Notes: generated from the letters alone by a model not told the origin. A stretch of DNA of 64,000 bases from Gemmatimonadales bacterium (GCA_041615815.1 JBFJCP010000003.1:32001-96000); one strand, 5' to 3'. Counted from the first letter of the stretch, positions 37,299-47,066 are shown. A program made the numbers and translations.

Positions 37299-37750
37299 TC
37301 ATCGACACCGTCGAGTGTCCGGTACTCGGAGGTAGCGCGGAGTCGCTCGATCCGATCGGACATCTCCTTGGGCATCTTCCCGCTCGTCATCAGCTCGACC
37401 AACCGCTCGTCGATGTCCCGGATGCGCCGGCTCATGTGCTGGAGCATTTCGAAGGCGAACGTGGGGTCGCGGCGAATGGTCAGGAGGAGCGACCCCGGCT
37501 TGATCACCAGGAGCTTGGTCTTGATCGCTGCCCGGACCGTCGCGTTCCTCGGCATCGACTCCAGCAACGACATCTCGCCGAAAAAACTGCCTCTTCCCAA
37601 TCGAGCGAACTCGATGTCCTCACCCCCGACCTCCTTCGTCACCACGACTTCGCCTTCTTGGATGACGAACATCTCCCGGCTTTCGTCACCCTCACGAACG
37701 ATGATATCTCCGGGATCGTATGTCTCTTCGTAGTCGGTCGGGCTCCGCAT
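37295..37750 (-). CDS. Stand-alone cyclic nucleotide-binding domain protein (no HTH)
   Basis: YDPGDIIVREGD, FFGEMSLLESMPRNATVRA, C-helix MSRRIRDIDERL. Confidence 0.88.
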   Translation of the reverse strand: MRSPTDYEETYDPGDIIVREGDESREMFVIQEGEVVVTKEVGGEDIEFARLGRGSFFGEMSLLESMPRNATVRAAIKTKLLVIKPGSLLLTIRRDPTFAFEMLQHMSRRIRDIDERLVELMTSGKMPKEMSDRIERLRATSEYRTLDGVDE

Positions 37751-37853
37751 GCGCAGGTCCTCGGCCCAGTGAATCGTGCCGCCGACGACGCAGGGGCGTC
37801 GGCCAGTGACGAGTGAAGATTACCGAACCCCGAGGGGCGTCAAGGGTCGCCGA

Positions 37854-38375
37854 TCACCGGGAACGGTGCGCGCGCACCGCCTCCTCGACGATCGCATGAG
37901 CATGCGCGGCGGCTTGCCAGCCCAGAATGGCAGTTTCTTTTCCCTCGAGATCCTTGTACACCTCGAAGAAGTACTCCAGCTCCTTCAAGAGATGTTGCGG
38001 AAGGTCGGCCAGCTCCTGGGTCTCCGCAAAACGCGGATCCCCTTCGGGCACGGCGAGGATCTTCTCATCGATTCCAGCCTCGTCCCGCATTTCCAGGACC
38101 CCGATCACGCGGGCCGAGAGCACACATCCCGTAAACGTGGGATCTGTGACCAGGACGACGACGTCCAGCGCATCGCCATCCGGAGAGAGCGTCCCGGGTA
38201 CGAATCCGTAGTCTCCCGGATACTGCATGGGAGAATAGAGGACCCGATCGAGCCGAAACACCCCGAGCTCGGGATCGAACTCGATCTTGTTGCGCGTCCC
38301 CTTCGGGATCTCGACGACCACGTTGACGATCCGCGGCGCCTCATCGCCAGGTGGTAAGCGGTAGTACTCCATCAT
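37854..38375 (-). CDS. ppa: Inorganic pyrophosphatase, family I
   Basis: VEIPKG..NK.E, LDRVLYS...YP.DYGFVP, DGDALDV, DEAGIDEKILAV, FFEVYKDLEGK. Confidence 0.96.
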   Translation of the reverse strand: MMEYYRLPPGDEAPRIVNVVVEIPKGTRNKIEFDPELGVFRLDRVLYSPMQYPGDYGFVPGTLSPDGDALDVVVLVTDPTFTGCVLSARVIGVLEMRDEAGIDEKILAVPEGDPRFAETQELADLPQHLLKELEYFFEVYKDLEGKETAILGWQAAAHAHAIVEEAVRAHRSR

Positions 38376-38452
38376 GTGCTCTCCTGCCGCCCTGTCCTGC
38401 CCATGCCGCCAATTCCACCCATCCCTCCCGTCCTGTAATTTTCTATCACGCT

Positions 38453-39112
38453 ATGCCATACGCCGCCATGTCCAGCGGTGGAAAGGACTCCACCCTGGCA
38501 CTCGCACGCGCCTCCGAGCGCGGTCTCGATGTACGACTGCTCCTCAACGTCTACGATCGGGCCAGCGCCCGGGTGCGCTTCCACGGCGTGCGCCAAGAGC
38601 TGATCGTCCAGCAGTCCGTTGCCCTCGGGATCGAGCTCCTCAGCGCCCCGAGTACCCCCGAGGCCTTCGAAGCCGTGTTTCTGAGCCTGCTGACCCGGGC
38701 CCGAGGGCGGGGACTCACAGGGATCGTGTTCGGGAACATCCATCTCGAGGATGTTCGTGGTTGGTATGAGCAGCGGGTTCGTGCGGCCGGCCTCGAGCAC
38801 GTGGAGCCGTTGTGGGGTGAAGATCCCGCGGTCCTGGCGTGGGAGTTCGTCGAGCAAGGGTATCGCGCCATCATCACGAGCGCGGATCTCTCGCTGGGCG
38901 TCAGCGACCTCGTCGGAAGGGAATTGGCGCCACCGACACTCCGCACGATTGCCTGTCGCGAGGACGTCGACCTCTGTGGAGAACGTGGAGAGTACCATAC
39001 GTTCGTCTCGGACGGCCCCATCTTCCGGCATCCGGTGGAATTCACGATAGGTGAGCTGGTCGAGCTCGACGGCCACCGATTCGTCGATTTGCTGTCCCGC
39101 GCGTCGGCATGA
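38453..39112 (+). CDS. DUF71/Dph6-like PP-loop ATP pyrophosphatase
   Basis: SSGGKDS, RFHG, FGNIHL, PLWG, DLCGERGEYHTFV.DGPIF. Confidence 0.85.
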   Translation: MPYAAMSSGGKDSTLALARASERGLDVRLLLNVYDRASARVRFHGVRQELIVQQSVALGIELLSAPSTPEAFEAVFLSLLTRARGRGLTGIVFGNIHLEDVRGWYEQRVRAAGLEHVEPLWGEDPAVLAWEFVEQGYRAIITSADLSLGVSDLVGRELAPPTLRTIACREDVDLCGERGEYHTFVSDGPIFRHPVEFTIGELVELDGHRFVDLLSRASA

Positions 39113-39122
39113 GCGTTCAGAC

Positions 39123-39731
39123 CTACCGGGTGGGAGCGGCCGCCACGACCTGCGCGATTTCGTCCAGTGCCTCGACGAACTCCTGTCCGAAATAGTACAG
39201 CAACTCCTCCCGCAGCCCTTCAAAGAGCGTCGGGCCCGTCCCCAAGCACACCAAAGTGTCGTCATCCACATCTTCCGCGGGCCCGAGAATCCCCTCATAG
39301 AACGTAATCGGGAATAGGCAGTCGACCATCGACTTGAGCTCGTGATAATCAATGCCCCGATCGAGGCAATAGGCGTGCAACAGACAGCCCCGGTTCGTTC
39401 GGTTCAAGAAGACACAATGCCCGTCTTCCACACGGGTACGGACCGTGATGCCGCCGGGGACTTCCGGATCCTCTTCCCACTGACCGGTGAACCACCGCTC
39501 CCGGGGGATGCCGGTGTAGACCTCCAGGTCATCCGCGTGGGCGCGAATTCGTTCGGCGTGTACGAGATCGACGTCGACGCCGTGATCGCAACACGCATCC
39601 TGACAGAATGTGCAGTCGAGACAGTGTGTGAAGTATCGCCGCCGGAAAATGGCCGGATCGACGCGCTCGATAACGGGTGCGCCATAACGACTCGGAAAGG
39701 CGCGGCCGAGAGGCACGGGGGCAGGTGGCAT
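39123..39731 (-). CDS. Cys-rich putative Fe-S/Zn-binding protein (DUF3109/YkgJ-like)
   Basis: CLDCTFCQDACC, HCVFL, GCLLH, LK....CLFP. Confidence 0.65.
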   Translation of the reverse strand: MPPAPVPLGRAFPSRYGAPVIERVDPAIFRRRYFTHCLDCTFCQDACCDHGVDVDLVHAERIRAHADDLEVYTGIPRERWFTGQWEEDPEVPGGITVRTRVEDGHCVFLNRTNRGCLLHAYCLDRGIDYHELKSMVDCLFPITFYEGILGPAEDVDDDTLVCLGTGPTLFEGLREELLYYFGQEFVEALDEIAQVVAAAPTR

Positions 39732-40038
39732 CCGGCGAATGTAACCGAATCGAACGGTCGAGGCCGCCTCGGGTCCCCAATTGATCGCCACCAGGGCCCG
39801 ATCGAAGCGCCCGCTCTTGCCACTATAATGAAAAGGCTCGGGCACGAAGCCAGGTGGGCGTCGCTTCTGTTCTGGACCCACCCGACATTTCGGTCGATTC
39901 GCGATGGATGTTTTTCTCTAGACAACACCGAGACACGATGGTGATTTCCAGCATTCGGATCTGGGCCCGCTGCACTGATCGAGCCCTCGTCCAGATCTGG
40001 AGGCCGGTCGCGCCGGCGATCTGTTTATACTGAGAGCC

Positions 40039-41454
40039 ATGCCGAAACGTTCAACGGAACCGCGCCTCTTCGTGGTCAGCAATCGGTTACCCGTGACCAT
40101 CAAGCGGGGGCCGCGCGGACCGGAGAGCTTTCGCTCTACCGGTGGCCTGGTCACGGCCTTCGAGCCCACCCTTCGTCGGCACGGTGGGGTGTGGGTTGGA
40201 TGGCCGGGATCGGACTTGCCGCCGGATGTCGAGCTGACTCGACCCAACGATCCGTACGCCATTGCGGCCGTCCCGATCTCGCGGGGCGAGCTCAAGCACT
40301 ACTATTATGGGTTCGCCAACCGCACGCTGTGGCCGCTGTGCCATTCCCTCCCCACGCAGACCATCTTCCACCTGGCGGACTGGCGGGCGTACCAGACGAT
40401 CAACGATCGTTTTGCGGAGCACATCGCCCGACTCGCGGGATCTCACGATCTCGTCTGGGTCAATGATTACCACCTCTTCTTACTCCCGTCGCTGCTACGC
40501 GAACGACGTCTAGACGTGGCAATCGGTTTCTTCTTGCACATACCCTTCCCCCCATACGACATCTTCCGGCTATTGCCCTGGGCCACCGAAATCCTCGAAG
40601 GTCTCTTGGCCGCCAACCTCGTCGGGCTCCACGTCTCGGGCTATGTACGCAACTTCATGGGGTGTGCTGAGCGGCTCCTCGACGCTCGCACCGATCTCCG
40701 AAAAGGCACGATCGTCCATCGAGGGCACACCACCCGGGTCGCGGCCTTCCCCCTCGGTATCGACTTCGAGCATTTCCAGACGTTGGCGACCAAGGCACCG
40801 CCCGCACCACTGGGTGCCGAGAAGATCATCATCGGGGTCGATCGTCTGGATTACACCAAAGGCATCCCGCATCGGATCCACGCGCTCGCACACCTGCTCG
40901 AAAAGCATCCTGAGCACCGGGAGCATGTGACCTTGCTCCAGATCGCCGTGCCTAGCCGATCCGAAGTGGCGGAGTATCGGGAGCTCAAGCGCGAGATCGA
41001 CGAGCTGGTGGGTCGGATAAACGGACGATTCGCGACGTCCACGTGGAGCCCGATTCGATACCTCTATCGATCGGTCCCCCAAACCCGGCTGGCCGGCATG
41101 TATCGGGACGCCGACGTCGCCATCGTCACCCCACTCCGGGACGGCATGAACTTGGTGGCGAAGGAATACGTGGCATGTCAGGTCAAGGAACCCGGCGTCC
41201 TCATCCTCTCCATCTTGGCGGGCGCCGCCGAGACCATGCGGGAGGCCGTGCTCGTCAATCCGTACGATCTGGAAGGAATGGTCGACCGTCTCCATGATGC
41301 TCTCACCATGCCGCGAGCCGAGCGGGTGAAGCGGCTCGAGGCCCTCAGGATGCGGGAGCGTACATCCAACGTCCACGTCTGGGCGGCAGACTTCCTGGAA
41401 AACCTGACGCTGGCGGTCGAGGGCACGGCCCGCCTGCGACGGGCCGGTACCTGA
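40039..41454 (+). CDS. otsA: Trehalose-6-phosphate synthase (GT20)
   Basis: VSNRLP, GGLV, WVGWPG, YYGFAN.TLWP, FFLHIPFP, DRLDYTKGI, RDGMNLVAKEY, VNPYD. Confidence 0.9.
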   Translation: MPKRSTEPRLFVVSNRLPVTIKRGPRGPESFRSTGGLVTAFEPTLRRHGGVWVGWPGSDLPPDVELTRPNDPYAIAAVPISRGELKHYYYGFANRTLWPLCHSLPTQTIFHLADWRAYQTINDRFAEHIARLAGSHDLVWVNDYHLFLLPSLLRERRLDVAIGFFLHIPFPPYDIFRLLPWATEILEGLLAANLVGLHVSGYVRNFMGCAERLLDARTDLRKGTIVHRGHTTRVAAFPLGIDFEHFQTLATKAPPAPLGAEKIIIGVDRLDYTKGIPHRIHALAHLLEKHPEHREHVTLLQIAVPSRSEVAEYRELKREIDELVGRINGRFATSTWSPIRYLYRSVPQTRLAGMYRDADVAIVTPLRDGMNLVAKEYVACQVKEPGVLILSILAGAAETMREAVLVNPYDLEGMVDRLHDALTMPRAERVKRLEALRMRERTSNVHVWAADFLENLTLAVEGTARLRRAGT

Positions 41455-41467
41455 CCACCGCTCAGTC

Positions 41468-42694
41468 GTGACCTCCAAGTGGCGCACCCTCTCGGCGCTG
41501 TCCGTCGCCGAGCTGTTGGCAATGAGTCTGTGGTTTTCCGCCACGGCGGTGGCTCCCGCCCTGATCACGCACTGGAACCTCACTCCCGGCCGCGCCGCGT
41601 GGCTCACCATGTCGGTACAGGTGGGGTTCGTAGCTGGCGCCCTCTTGAGCGCGATGCTCAACATCCCCGACCTCTGGGCTCCACGAAAGGTCTTCGCCGT
41701 GGGCGCCGCCGTCGGGGCACTGCTCAACCTCCTCATCCCGGCTCTTCAGGTCGACTTCGGCGTGGCGGTGGCACTTCGCTTTGGGACCGGGATGGCGCTT
41801 GCTGCCGTCTACCCCGTTGGCATGAAGATCATGGCTACCTGGACACGCGAAGATCGCGGACTGGGTATTGGACTGCTGGTGGGGGCACTCACGGTGGGCT
41901 CCGCCTCGCCGCATCTGGTCAAGGCTTTCGGCGGGATCGCCGCCTGGGAACCTGTCCTCTACATCGTCTCGGCTCTCGCGCTCGTCGGCGCAGCGCTGGG
42001 GTGGCAGTACGGGACGGTGGGACCGTACGGCGCGTCCACGCCGCGCTTCCAATGGCGTCATATGGGGAGAGCACTCTCGCGCAAGCCGCTCCGCTTGGCC
42101 AACTTCGGCTACCTCGGACACATGTGGGAGCTGTATGCCATGTGGACCTGGATACCGCTCTTTCTCCTAGAGTCGTATCGCACCTCTTCTCAGGTCGGCG
42201 CCCTGGGCGCGGACCGGGTGGCGATCCTCGCGGCTGGGGCGGCGTTTGCGGTCATCGGAATTGGGGGACTTGGGTCACTGCTGGCCGGACACCTGGCGGA
42301 TCGTTGGGGACGCACCAAGACGACGATCCTGAGCATGGTGATGAGCGGCACGTGCGCGATCGTGATTGGCTTGTTCTTTCACGACCACGTGCTGATGGTG
42401 ACCGCGATCGCCTTGGTGTGGGGATTTGCCATCGTCGCGGATTCCGCACAGTTCAGCAGTTGCATCAGCGAGCTCGCGGAATCCGAATACATGGGGACCC
42501 ACCTCACGACCCAAACGTCCATGGGATTCCTCTTGACGTTGGCAACCATCCAGCTGGTCCCGCAGGCTGTGGACTGGATCGGCTGGCGGTGGGCGTTCGC
42601 ACCGCTTGCGCTGGGGCCGGCATTCGGGGTGTGGGCCATGTGGCGATTGGGAGGGTCGCCCGAGGCCGCGAAGCTGGCGGGAGGCAGAGGATAG
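41468..42694 (+). CDS. MFS transporter
   Basis: About 12 hydrophobic segments, AMSLWFS, VYPVGMK, GYLGHMWELYAMW, LADRWGR, ADSAQFS. Confidence 0.9.
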   Translation: MTSKWRTLSALSVAELLAMSLWFSATAVAPALITHWNLTPGRAAWLTMSVQVGFVAGALLSAMLNIPDLWAPRKVFAVGAAVGALLNLLIPALQVDFGVAVALRFGTGMALAAVYPVGMKIMATWTREDRGLGIGLLVGALTVGSASPHLVKAFGGIAAWEPVLYIVSALALVGAALGWQYGTVGPYGASTPRFQWRHMGRALSRKPLRLANFGYLGHMWELYAMWTWIPLFLLESYRTSSQVGALGADRVAILAAGAAFAVIGIGGLGSLLAGHLADRWGRTKTTILSMVMSGTCAIVIGLFFHDHVLMVTAIALVWGFAIVADSAQFSSCISELAESEYMGTHLTTQTSMGFLLTLATIQLVPQAVDWIGWRWAFAPLALGPAFGVWAMWRLGGSPEAAKLAGGRG

Positions 42695-42904
42695 AGCGGT
42701 CAGAGGGCCGATGGCAAAACCAGGCGTGGGATGCAGGCTGGTTTGAAGTCGAGCCCTGACGGACCGTCCCGCCGAAGGGGGCGAGGACGGGCTATACGTC
42801 ATGCGGTGGCGGTGAACAACAAGACAAGATCGAGGGCCAAGAGTAGCGAGGCAGAACAACGAATGCGGATCGCCGCATGGCGAACACGTATGGAGGCACA
42901 ACCC

Positions 42905-43444
42905 ATGACCGACACCCATCTGCCGCAGGTGTTGATCAGCGAAGCGGACATTGAAGCGCGGGTTCGGGAGTTGGCCGCGCAGATCGACCATGACTACCGA
43001 AACCGGACCCCCATCATTCTCATTGGCGTGCTCAAGGGGGCGTTCGTCTTTCTCGCCGACCTCGCGCGGCGCCTCACGGTACCGCGAGAAATCGAATTCA
43101 TGGCGCTGTCGAGCTATGAGCACGGAAGCGTGTCGGGCGCCGTACGCCTCGTCATGGATCTCCGCCGGTCCGTGGAGGGGAAGCACATTCTCATCGTGGA
43201 GGACATCGTCGACACGGGTCGTACGCTGCATTACCTGATGGAGCTCCTCCACACGCGGGAACCGGCATCCATGCGGTCGTGCGCGCTCGTGCGCAAGAAG
43301 AGTCGTCACGAGGTGGAAGTGCAGCTCGACTACCTCGGGTTCGACATCCCCGATGTCTGGGTCGTGGGGTACGGGCTGGATTTCGCCGAGCAGCACCGGA
43401 CACTCCCGTATATCGGGGTGGTCGGGCAGGAGGGTTCGAGATGA
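42905..43444 (+). CDS. hpt: Hypoxanthine phosphoribosyltransferase
   Basis: GVLKGAF.FLADL, LSSY, IVEDIVDTGRTL, VVGYGLD, RTLPYI; GGAGG 8 nt upstream of ATG 42905. Confidence 0.95.
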   Translation: MTDTHLPQVLISEADIEARVRELAAQIDHDYRNRTPIILIGVLKGAFVFLADLARRLTVPREIEFMALSSYEHGSVSGAVRLVMDLRRSVEGKHILIVEDIVDTGRTLHYLMELLHTREPASMRSCALVRKKSRHEVEVQLDYLGFDIPDVWVVGYGLDFAEQHRTLPYIGVVGQEGSR

Positions 43445-43459
43445 TGCTGAGGAGGGGCG

Positions 43460-44215
43460 TTACCTGGTCCGGACCGCGTCGATCGCCATTTGGGTTTCCG
43501 GCGCCGGCGTGAGGTCGTGCTCGCGCTGCAGCCGCTTGGCAAAATCCTCGTACGCTCGCACGGCGGCAATGCGATTGCCCATCTGATCGAGGACATGGAT
43601 CAAGCGTCGGAGCGACCGTTCGTCGGTGGGAGAGATCGAGAGTGCCAGACGAAGCCAGTGCGCGGCGCGCTCCGGCTGGCCGCCTCGCGCGGTGCGGTCC
43701 GCCAAAGACCATGCGGCTTCGAGGGCCCGGCGGCGGATGCGATCACGCTCGCGACCCTGCCAATCGTCGAATTCGGGCGCCCGGGAGACGTGGAGCCCTT
43801 CTAAGAACTCACCGCGATAGAGTTGGAGCGCGTCGGCGTATCGTCCGCTCTCGATGGCGTCTTCGAACGCGGCAACGTCGCACCAGAGCTGCGAGTCGAC
43901 ACCGAGGTCTTCCGCACCACGTCCAACCACGACGTCCTTCCCGAGAAACCGCCGAAGCATGTGGATGGCCTGGCAGAGTGCGTTGCGCGCGTGTGCGTGG
44001 TCCAGATCGGGCCAGAAGAGCGCCACCAGCGAATCGCGGCGATGAAATCCCCGCGGAGCGGCGACGGTGAGATACACGAGCAACGCGAGGCGTTTGGCCT
44101 GGGACAGCACCGGCACACACACGTCCCCACTGCTGTCTCGCAAGTCGACGACGCCCAAGGTGTGGAGCTCGAGGGTTTGGAGCGATATGCGTGGGACGGG
44201 GAAAGCGGGTGACAT
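43460..44215 (-). CDS. SARP/BTAD-domain transcriptional activator (wHTH + BTAD only)
   Basis: LHTLG, KRLALLVYL, RRDSLVALFWP, LWCDVAAFE, LYRGEFLEG, FDDW...ER, PAPET. Confidence 0.85.
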   Translation of the reverse strand: MSPAFPVPRISLQTLELHTLGVVDLRDSSGDVCVPVLSQAKRLALLVYLTVAAPRGFHRRDSLVALFWPDLDHAHARNALCQAIHMLRRFLGKDVVVGRGAEDLGVDSQLWCDVAAFEDAIESGRYADALQLYRGEFLEGLHVSRAPEFDDWQGRERDRIRRRALEAAWSLADRTARGGQPERAAHWLRLALSISPTDERSLRRLIHVLDQMGNRIAAVRAYEDFAKRLQREHDLTPAPETQMAIDAVRTR

Positions 44216-44601
44216 CCGTGTCCTCCGAGCCCCCTGGCGGGGGGCGTGACAGGGCTGCGAACCTAACTCTTATCTCAACCTTACTTAGTCCTCTTCTAGA
44301 GGACGGTTGAGTCGTCAATCCGGTCTCGGAGGCGCCATCACGAGTAAGGCTCACGTGAAGCGCTTTCGCTATAGTATGGCGCGGTACGTGGTTTCGGAAG
44401 AAGCAGCGCCGCGGTGCGCGGGGCACCTTGCCGCCCGGCAAGGACACACGGGGGGAACGACCGGGATTACCGATCCCGGGCAGCCTAGCGCACCGCGGCC
44501 CTTTTCTGCGTCCCTCCTGTACACATCACCATGCCGCAGCAGTGTATCCTCGATTCTGCCATCGACACTCTGCATTCGTGCTGCCCTCTGCCCCTGCCCT
44601 C

Positions 44602-46257
44602 TTATTCCATCCCCATCATCCGATCGCGCGTGGCTCGGAATTCGGTCCCCGGCCGCCAGTTGGGGAACGTGGACTCGCCTGCGAGTCGATAGCCGACCTG
44701 CAACAGCAGACGGAGATCGTCGACGGCCCCACTCAAGTCCCAGGTGGGATCATATTCGTCCGACGGCTTGTGATATCGCTCCGCCGTGTATTCGTCGCGC
44801 TGCGCGCGCCCGTAGTCCTCGCCGCGCTCCACGTGATCGATTCCCGCATCGGTGTACAGCGCAGGCACGCCCACCTTGGCGAAGTTGAAATGATCTGAGC
44901 GATAGTAAAACCCCTTTGCGGGCTCCGGATCCGGGCGTAAGACCCGTCCCTGCATCTCCGCCGCCGCCCGCAAGTAGTCATCTAGGTCCGACATCCCGAA
45001 CCCGACGATCGTGATGTCCTTCATTGGACCCCAGATGTTGAGGCCATCCATGTTGATGGCCGCCACCGTCTTGTCCAACGGGTACACGGGGTTGGCAGCG
45101 TAGTACGCCGAGCCCAAAAGACCCTGTTCCTCCGCTGCCACTGCGAGAAAGAGGAGGGATCTTGCGGGCGCGGGCTCGAGGGCGGCGAACGCCTCGGCCA
45201 ACAGCAGGAGCCCCGCCGTGCCCGTCGCGTTATCCAACGCACCATTGTAGATCTGGTCGCCCGGCAAGTTGGGATCCCGCCCGAGGTGATCCCAGTGCGC
45301 CATGTACACGACATACTCGTCGGGCCGCTCCGAGCCGGGTAGCACAGCCAGCACGTTGTTGGATGTCGACCGCTCGATGCGGTTCCTGATCGTGACGGAC
45401 GCGGTGAGGCCCAGGGAGACCCCGCGAAACCCACGGCGCGCCGCCCGTGTCTTGAGCGAGTCGTAGTCCATCCCCGCCTGTCTAAAGACGCGGCGCGCGC
45501 TCTCCAACGTGAGCCAACCCTCTGCCGCCACGCGCGACATATTGTTGTCCTCCCGGACCAGATCGAACTGCGGACCGGACCAACTCCCGCTGACCACCTC
45601 CCACGGATACCCGGCTGGTGCAGTCTCGTGGACGATCAACGCCCCCGCGGCCCCCTGGCGCGCTGCCTCCTCGTACTTGTAGGTCCACCGCCCGTAATAC
45701 GTCATGGCATTGCCGTTGAACAGCGACGTGTCGCTGGTGGCGAAGCCGGGATCGTTGACGAGGATCACGACCGTCTTGCCGCGGACATCGAGGCCGTCAT
45801 AGTCATTCCACTGATATTCGGGTGCCACGACGCCATAGCCCACGAACACCATCTCCGAGTTTGCCACCTGAGCACGGTCCACGACCCGGGTCGTCCACGC
45901 CATGAACTGGGTTCCGTACCCAAAACCGTTACGCGCTCCTCTTCCCTGCACCGTGAGCCGCATGGTGGGGTCCGCCGTGATGGAAACCAGCGGCACCTCC
46001 TGAACGTAGCTCTGGCCATTTCCGGGCTGGAGACCTAGCCGTTGGAACTCTCCCTCGAGGTATGCAACCGTCATCTCCTCTCCAGGAGACGATGGCCCCC
46101 GACCTTCGAACTCGTCCGACGCGAGGGTCTCGATGTGCGATCCGAGGTCCTCGGCGTTGATGACATCGAGCGCACCCTGGAGTCGCGGATCACCTCGCTC
46201 GCAGGATGCCAGCACGAGCAGTCCGGCACCGCAGAGCGGTACGATGAATGACCTCAT
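44602..46257 (-). CDS. M28-family peptidase with PA domain, lipoprotein
   Basis: Lipobox LAS-C, LASDEFEGR, YYGRWTYK.EEA, AHWDHLG, NGALDNATG, AEEQGLLGS, RSDHFNF, YHKPSD. Confidence 0.92.
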   Translation of the reverse strand: MRSFIVPLCGAGLLVLASCERGDPRLQGALDVINAEDLGSHIETLASDEFEGRGPSSPGEEMTVAYLEGEFQRLGLQPGNGQSYVQEVPLVSITADPTMRLTVQGRGARNGFGYGTQFMAWTTRVVDRAQVANSEMVFVGYGVVAPEYQWNDYDGLDVRGKTVVILVNDPGFATSDTSLFNGNAMTYYGRWTYKYEEAARQGAAGALIVHETAPAGYPWEVVSGSWSGPQFDLVREDNNMSRVAAEGWLTLESARRVFRQAGMDYDSLKTRAARRGFRGVSLGLTASVTIRNRIERSTSNNVLAVLPGSERPDEYVVYMAHWDHLGRDPNLPGDQIYNGALDNATGTAGLLLLAEAFAALEPAPARSLLFLAVAAEEQGLLGSAYYAANPVYPLDKTVAAINMDGLNIWGPMKDITIVGFGMSDLDDYLRAAAEMQGRVLRPDPEPAKGFYYRSDHFNFAKVGVPALYTDAGIDHVERGEDYGRAQRDEYTAERYHKPSDEYDPTWDLSGAVDDLRLLLQVGYRLAGESTFPNWRPGTEFRATRDRMMGME

Positions 46258-46292
46258 GATGTCCTCACGATTGTTGCTTGTTTGCAGACAAT

Positions 46293-46949
46293 CTACTCGC
46301 TTCGGGCGGGCGAGGGGGCCGGGGAACGCACTCGCACCGGCGGCCGCCCCCGGCGGGTGGATGCGCGCCGCAGGGTCCACAGCCGGAAGGCGAGCAGCGC
46401 CACCAGCACGAGTCCGTAAACCACCGGTCGCTGCTCCTCAGCCTTGACCTTCCACAAGAAGTGCAGCACACCACCGCCCGCGGCGAGGTAGACGAGGCGG
46501 TGGAGTTGCTGCCACCGTTTCCCACCCAGGCGTTTGACCCACCCGTTGGTGGACGTGATGGCCAGCGGGATGAGCAGCACAAAGCTGGTGAACCCCACGG
46601 TGACGTACGGACGTTCCAGAATATCCTCGAGAATGAACTCGAGTGAGAAGAACTGATCGAACAGGTAGATGCAGAAATGGCAGAAGACGTAGAAGAAGGC
46701 GAACAGCCCCAGCATCCGACGCACCAGCACCAGCGACGGAATGCCCAGCAACGTGCGGACGGGTGTGACCGCCAGGGTGACCATGAGAAGCGTGATGGTC
46801 GTGATGCCGGTTCGATGCGTGACTTCCTCGATGGGATTGGCACCGAGACCTCCGGTGAACCCATCCCACACCATCAGACCGGCTGGCAGAAGACAGACAA
46901 CGAACGTGACGGGTTTGAGGACGTGCCGCACCCAGGACGCTGCAGTCAT
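46293..46949 (-). CDS. msrQ: Methionine sulfoxide reductase heme-binding subunit
   Basis: GLGANPIE...H.TG, RRMLGLFAFFY...H, PLAITS, WQQLHRLVY, LHFLW. Confidence 0.93.
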   Translation of the reverse strand: MTAASWVRHVLKPVTFVVCLLPAGLMVWDGFTGGLGANPIEEVTHRTGITTITLLMVTLAVTPVRTLLGIPSLVLVRRMLGLFAFFYVFCHFCIYLFDQFFSLEFILEDILERPYVTVGFTSFVLLIPLAITSTNGWVKRLGGKRWQQLHRLVYLAAGGGVLHFLWKVKAEEQRPVVYGLVLVALLAFRLWTLRRASTRRGRPPVRVRSPAPSPARSE

Positions 46950-47066
46950 CGGGCAAGCAATGGGTGAACCGAGGTGGGATCCGCCGCCGCTACCGGCGCC
47001 TCTGCCCCACGTCGGCAGGAGCGGCAGCGGAGGGAGCCGAAGGACGCCTCACGGCTCCAGCCTCCA

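Noticed and set aside
36480..37750. Calling the cNMP-binding/phosphoesterase pair a Pycsar or CBASS system
   Set aside because: No cyclase or CD-NTase is adjacent; kept only as an unexplained sensor-effector pair.
42695..42904. Purine riboswitch upstream of hpt
   Set aside because: The conserved purine-aptamer core is not recognisable; an Infernal scan would be needed to exclude it fully.
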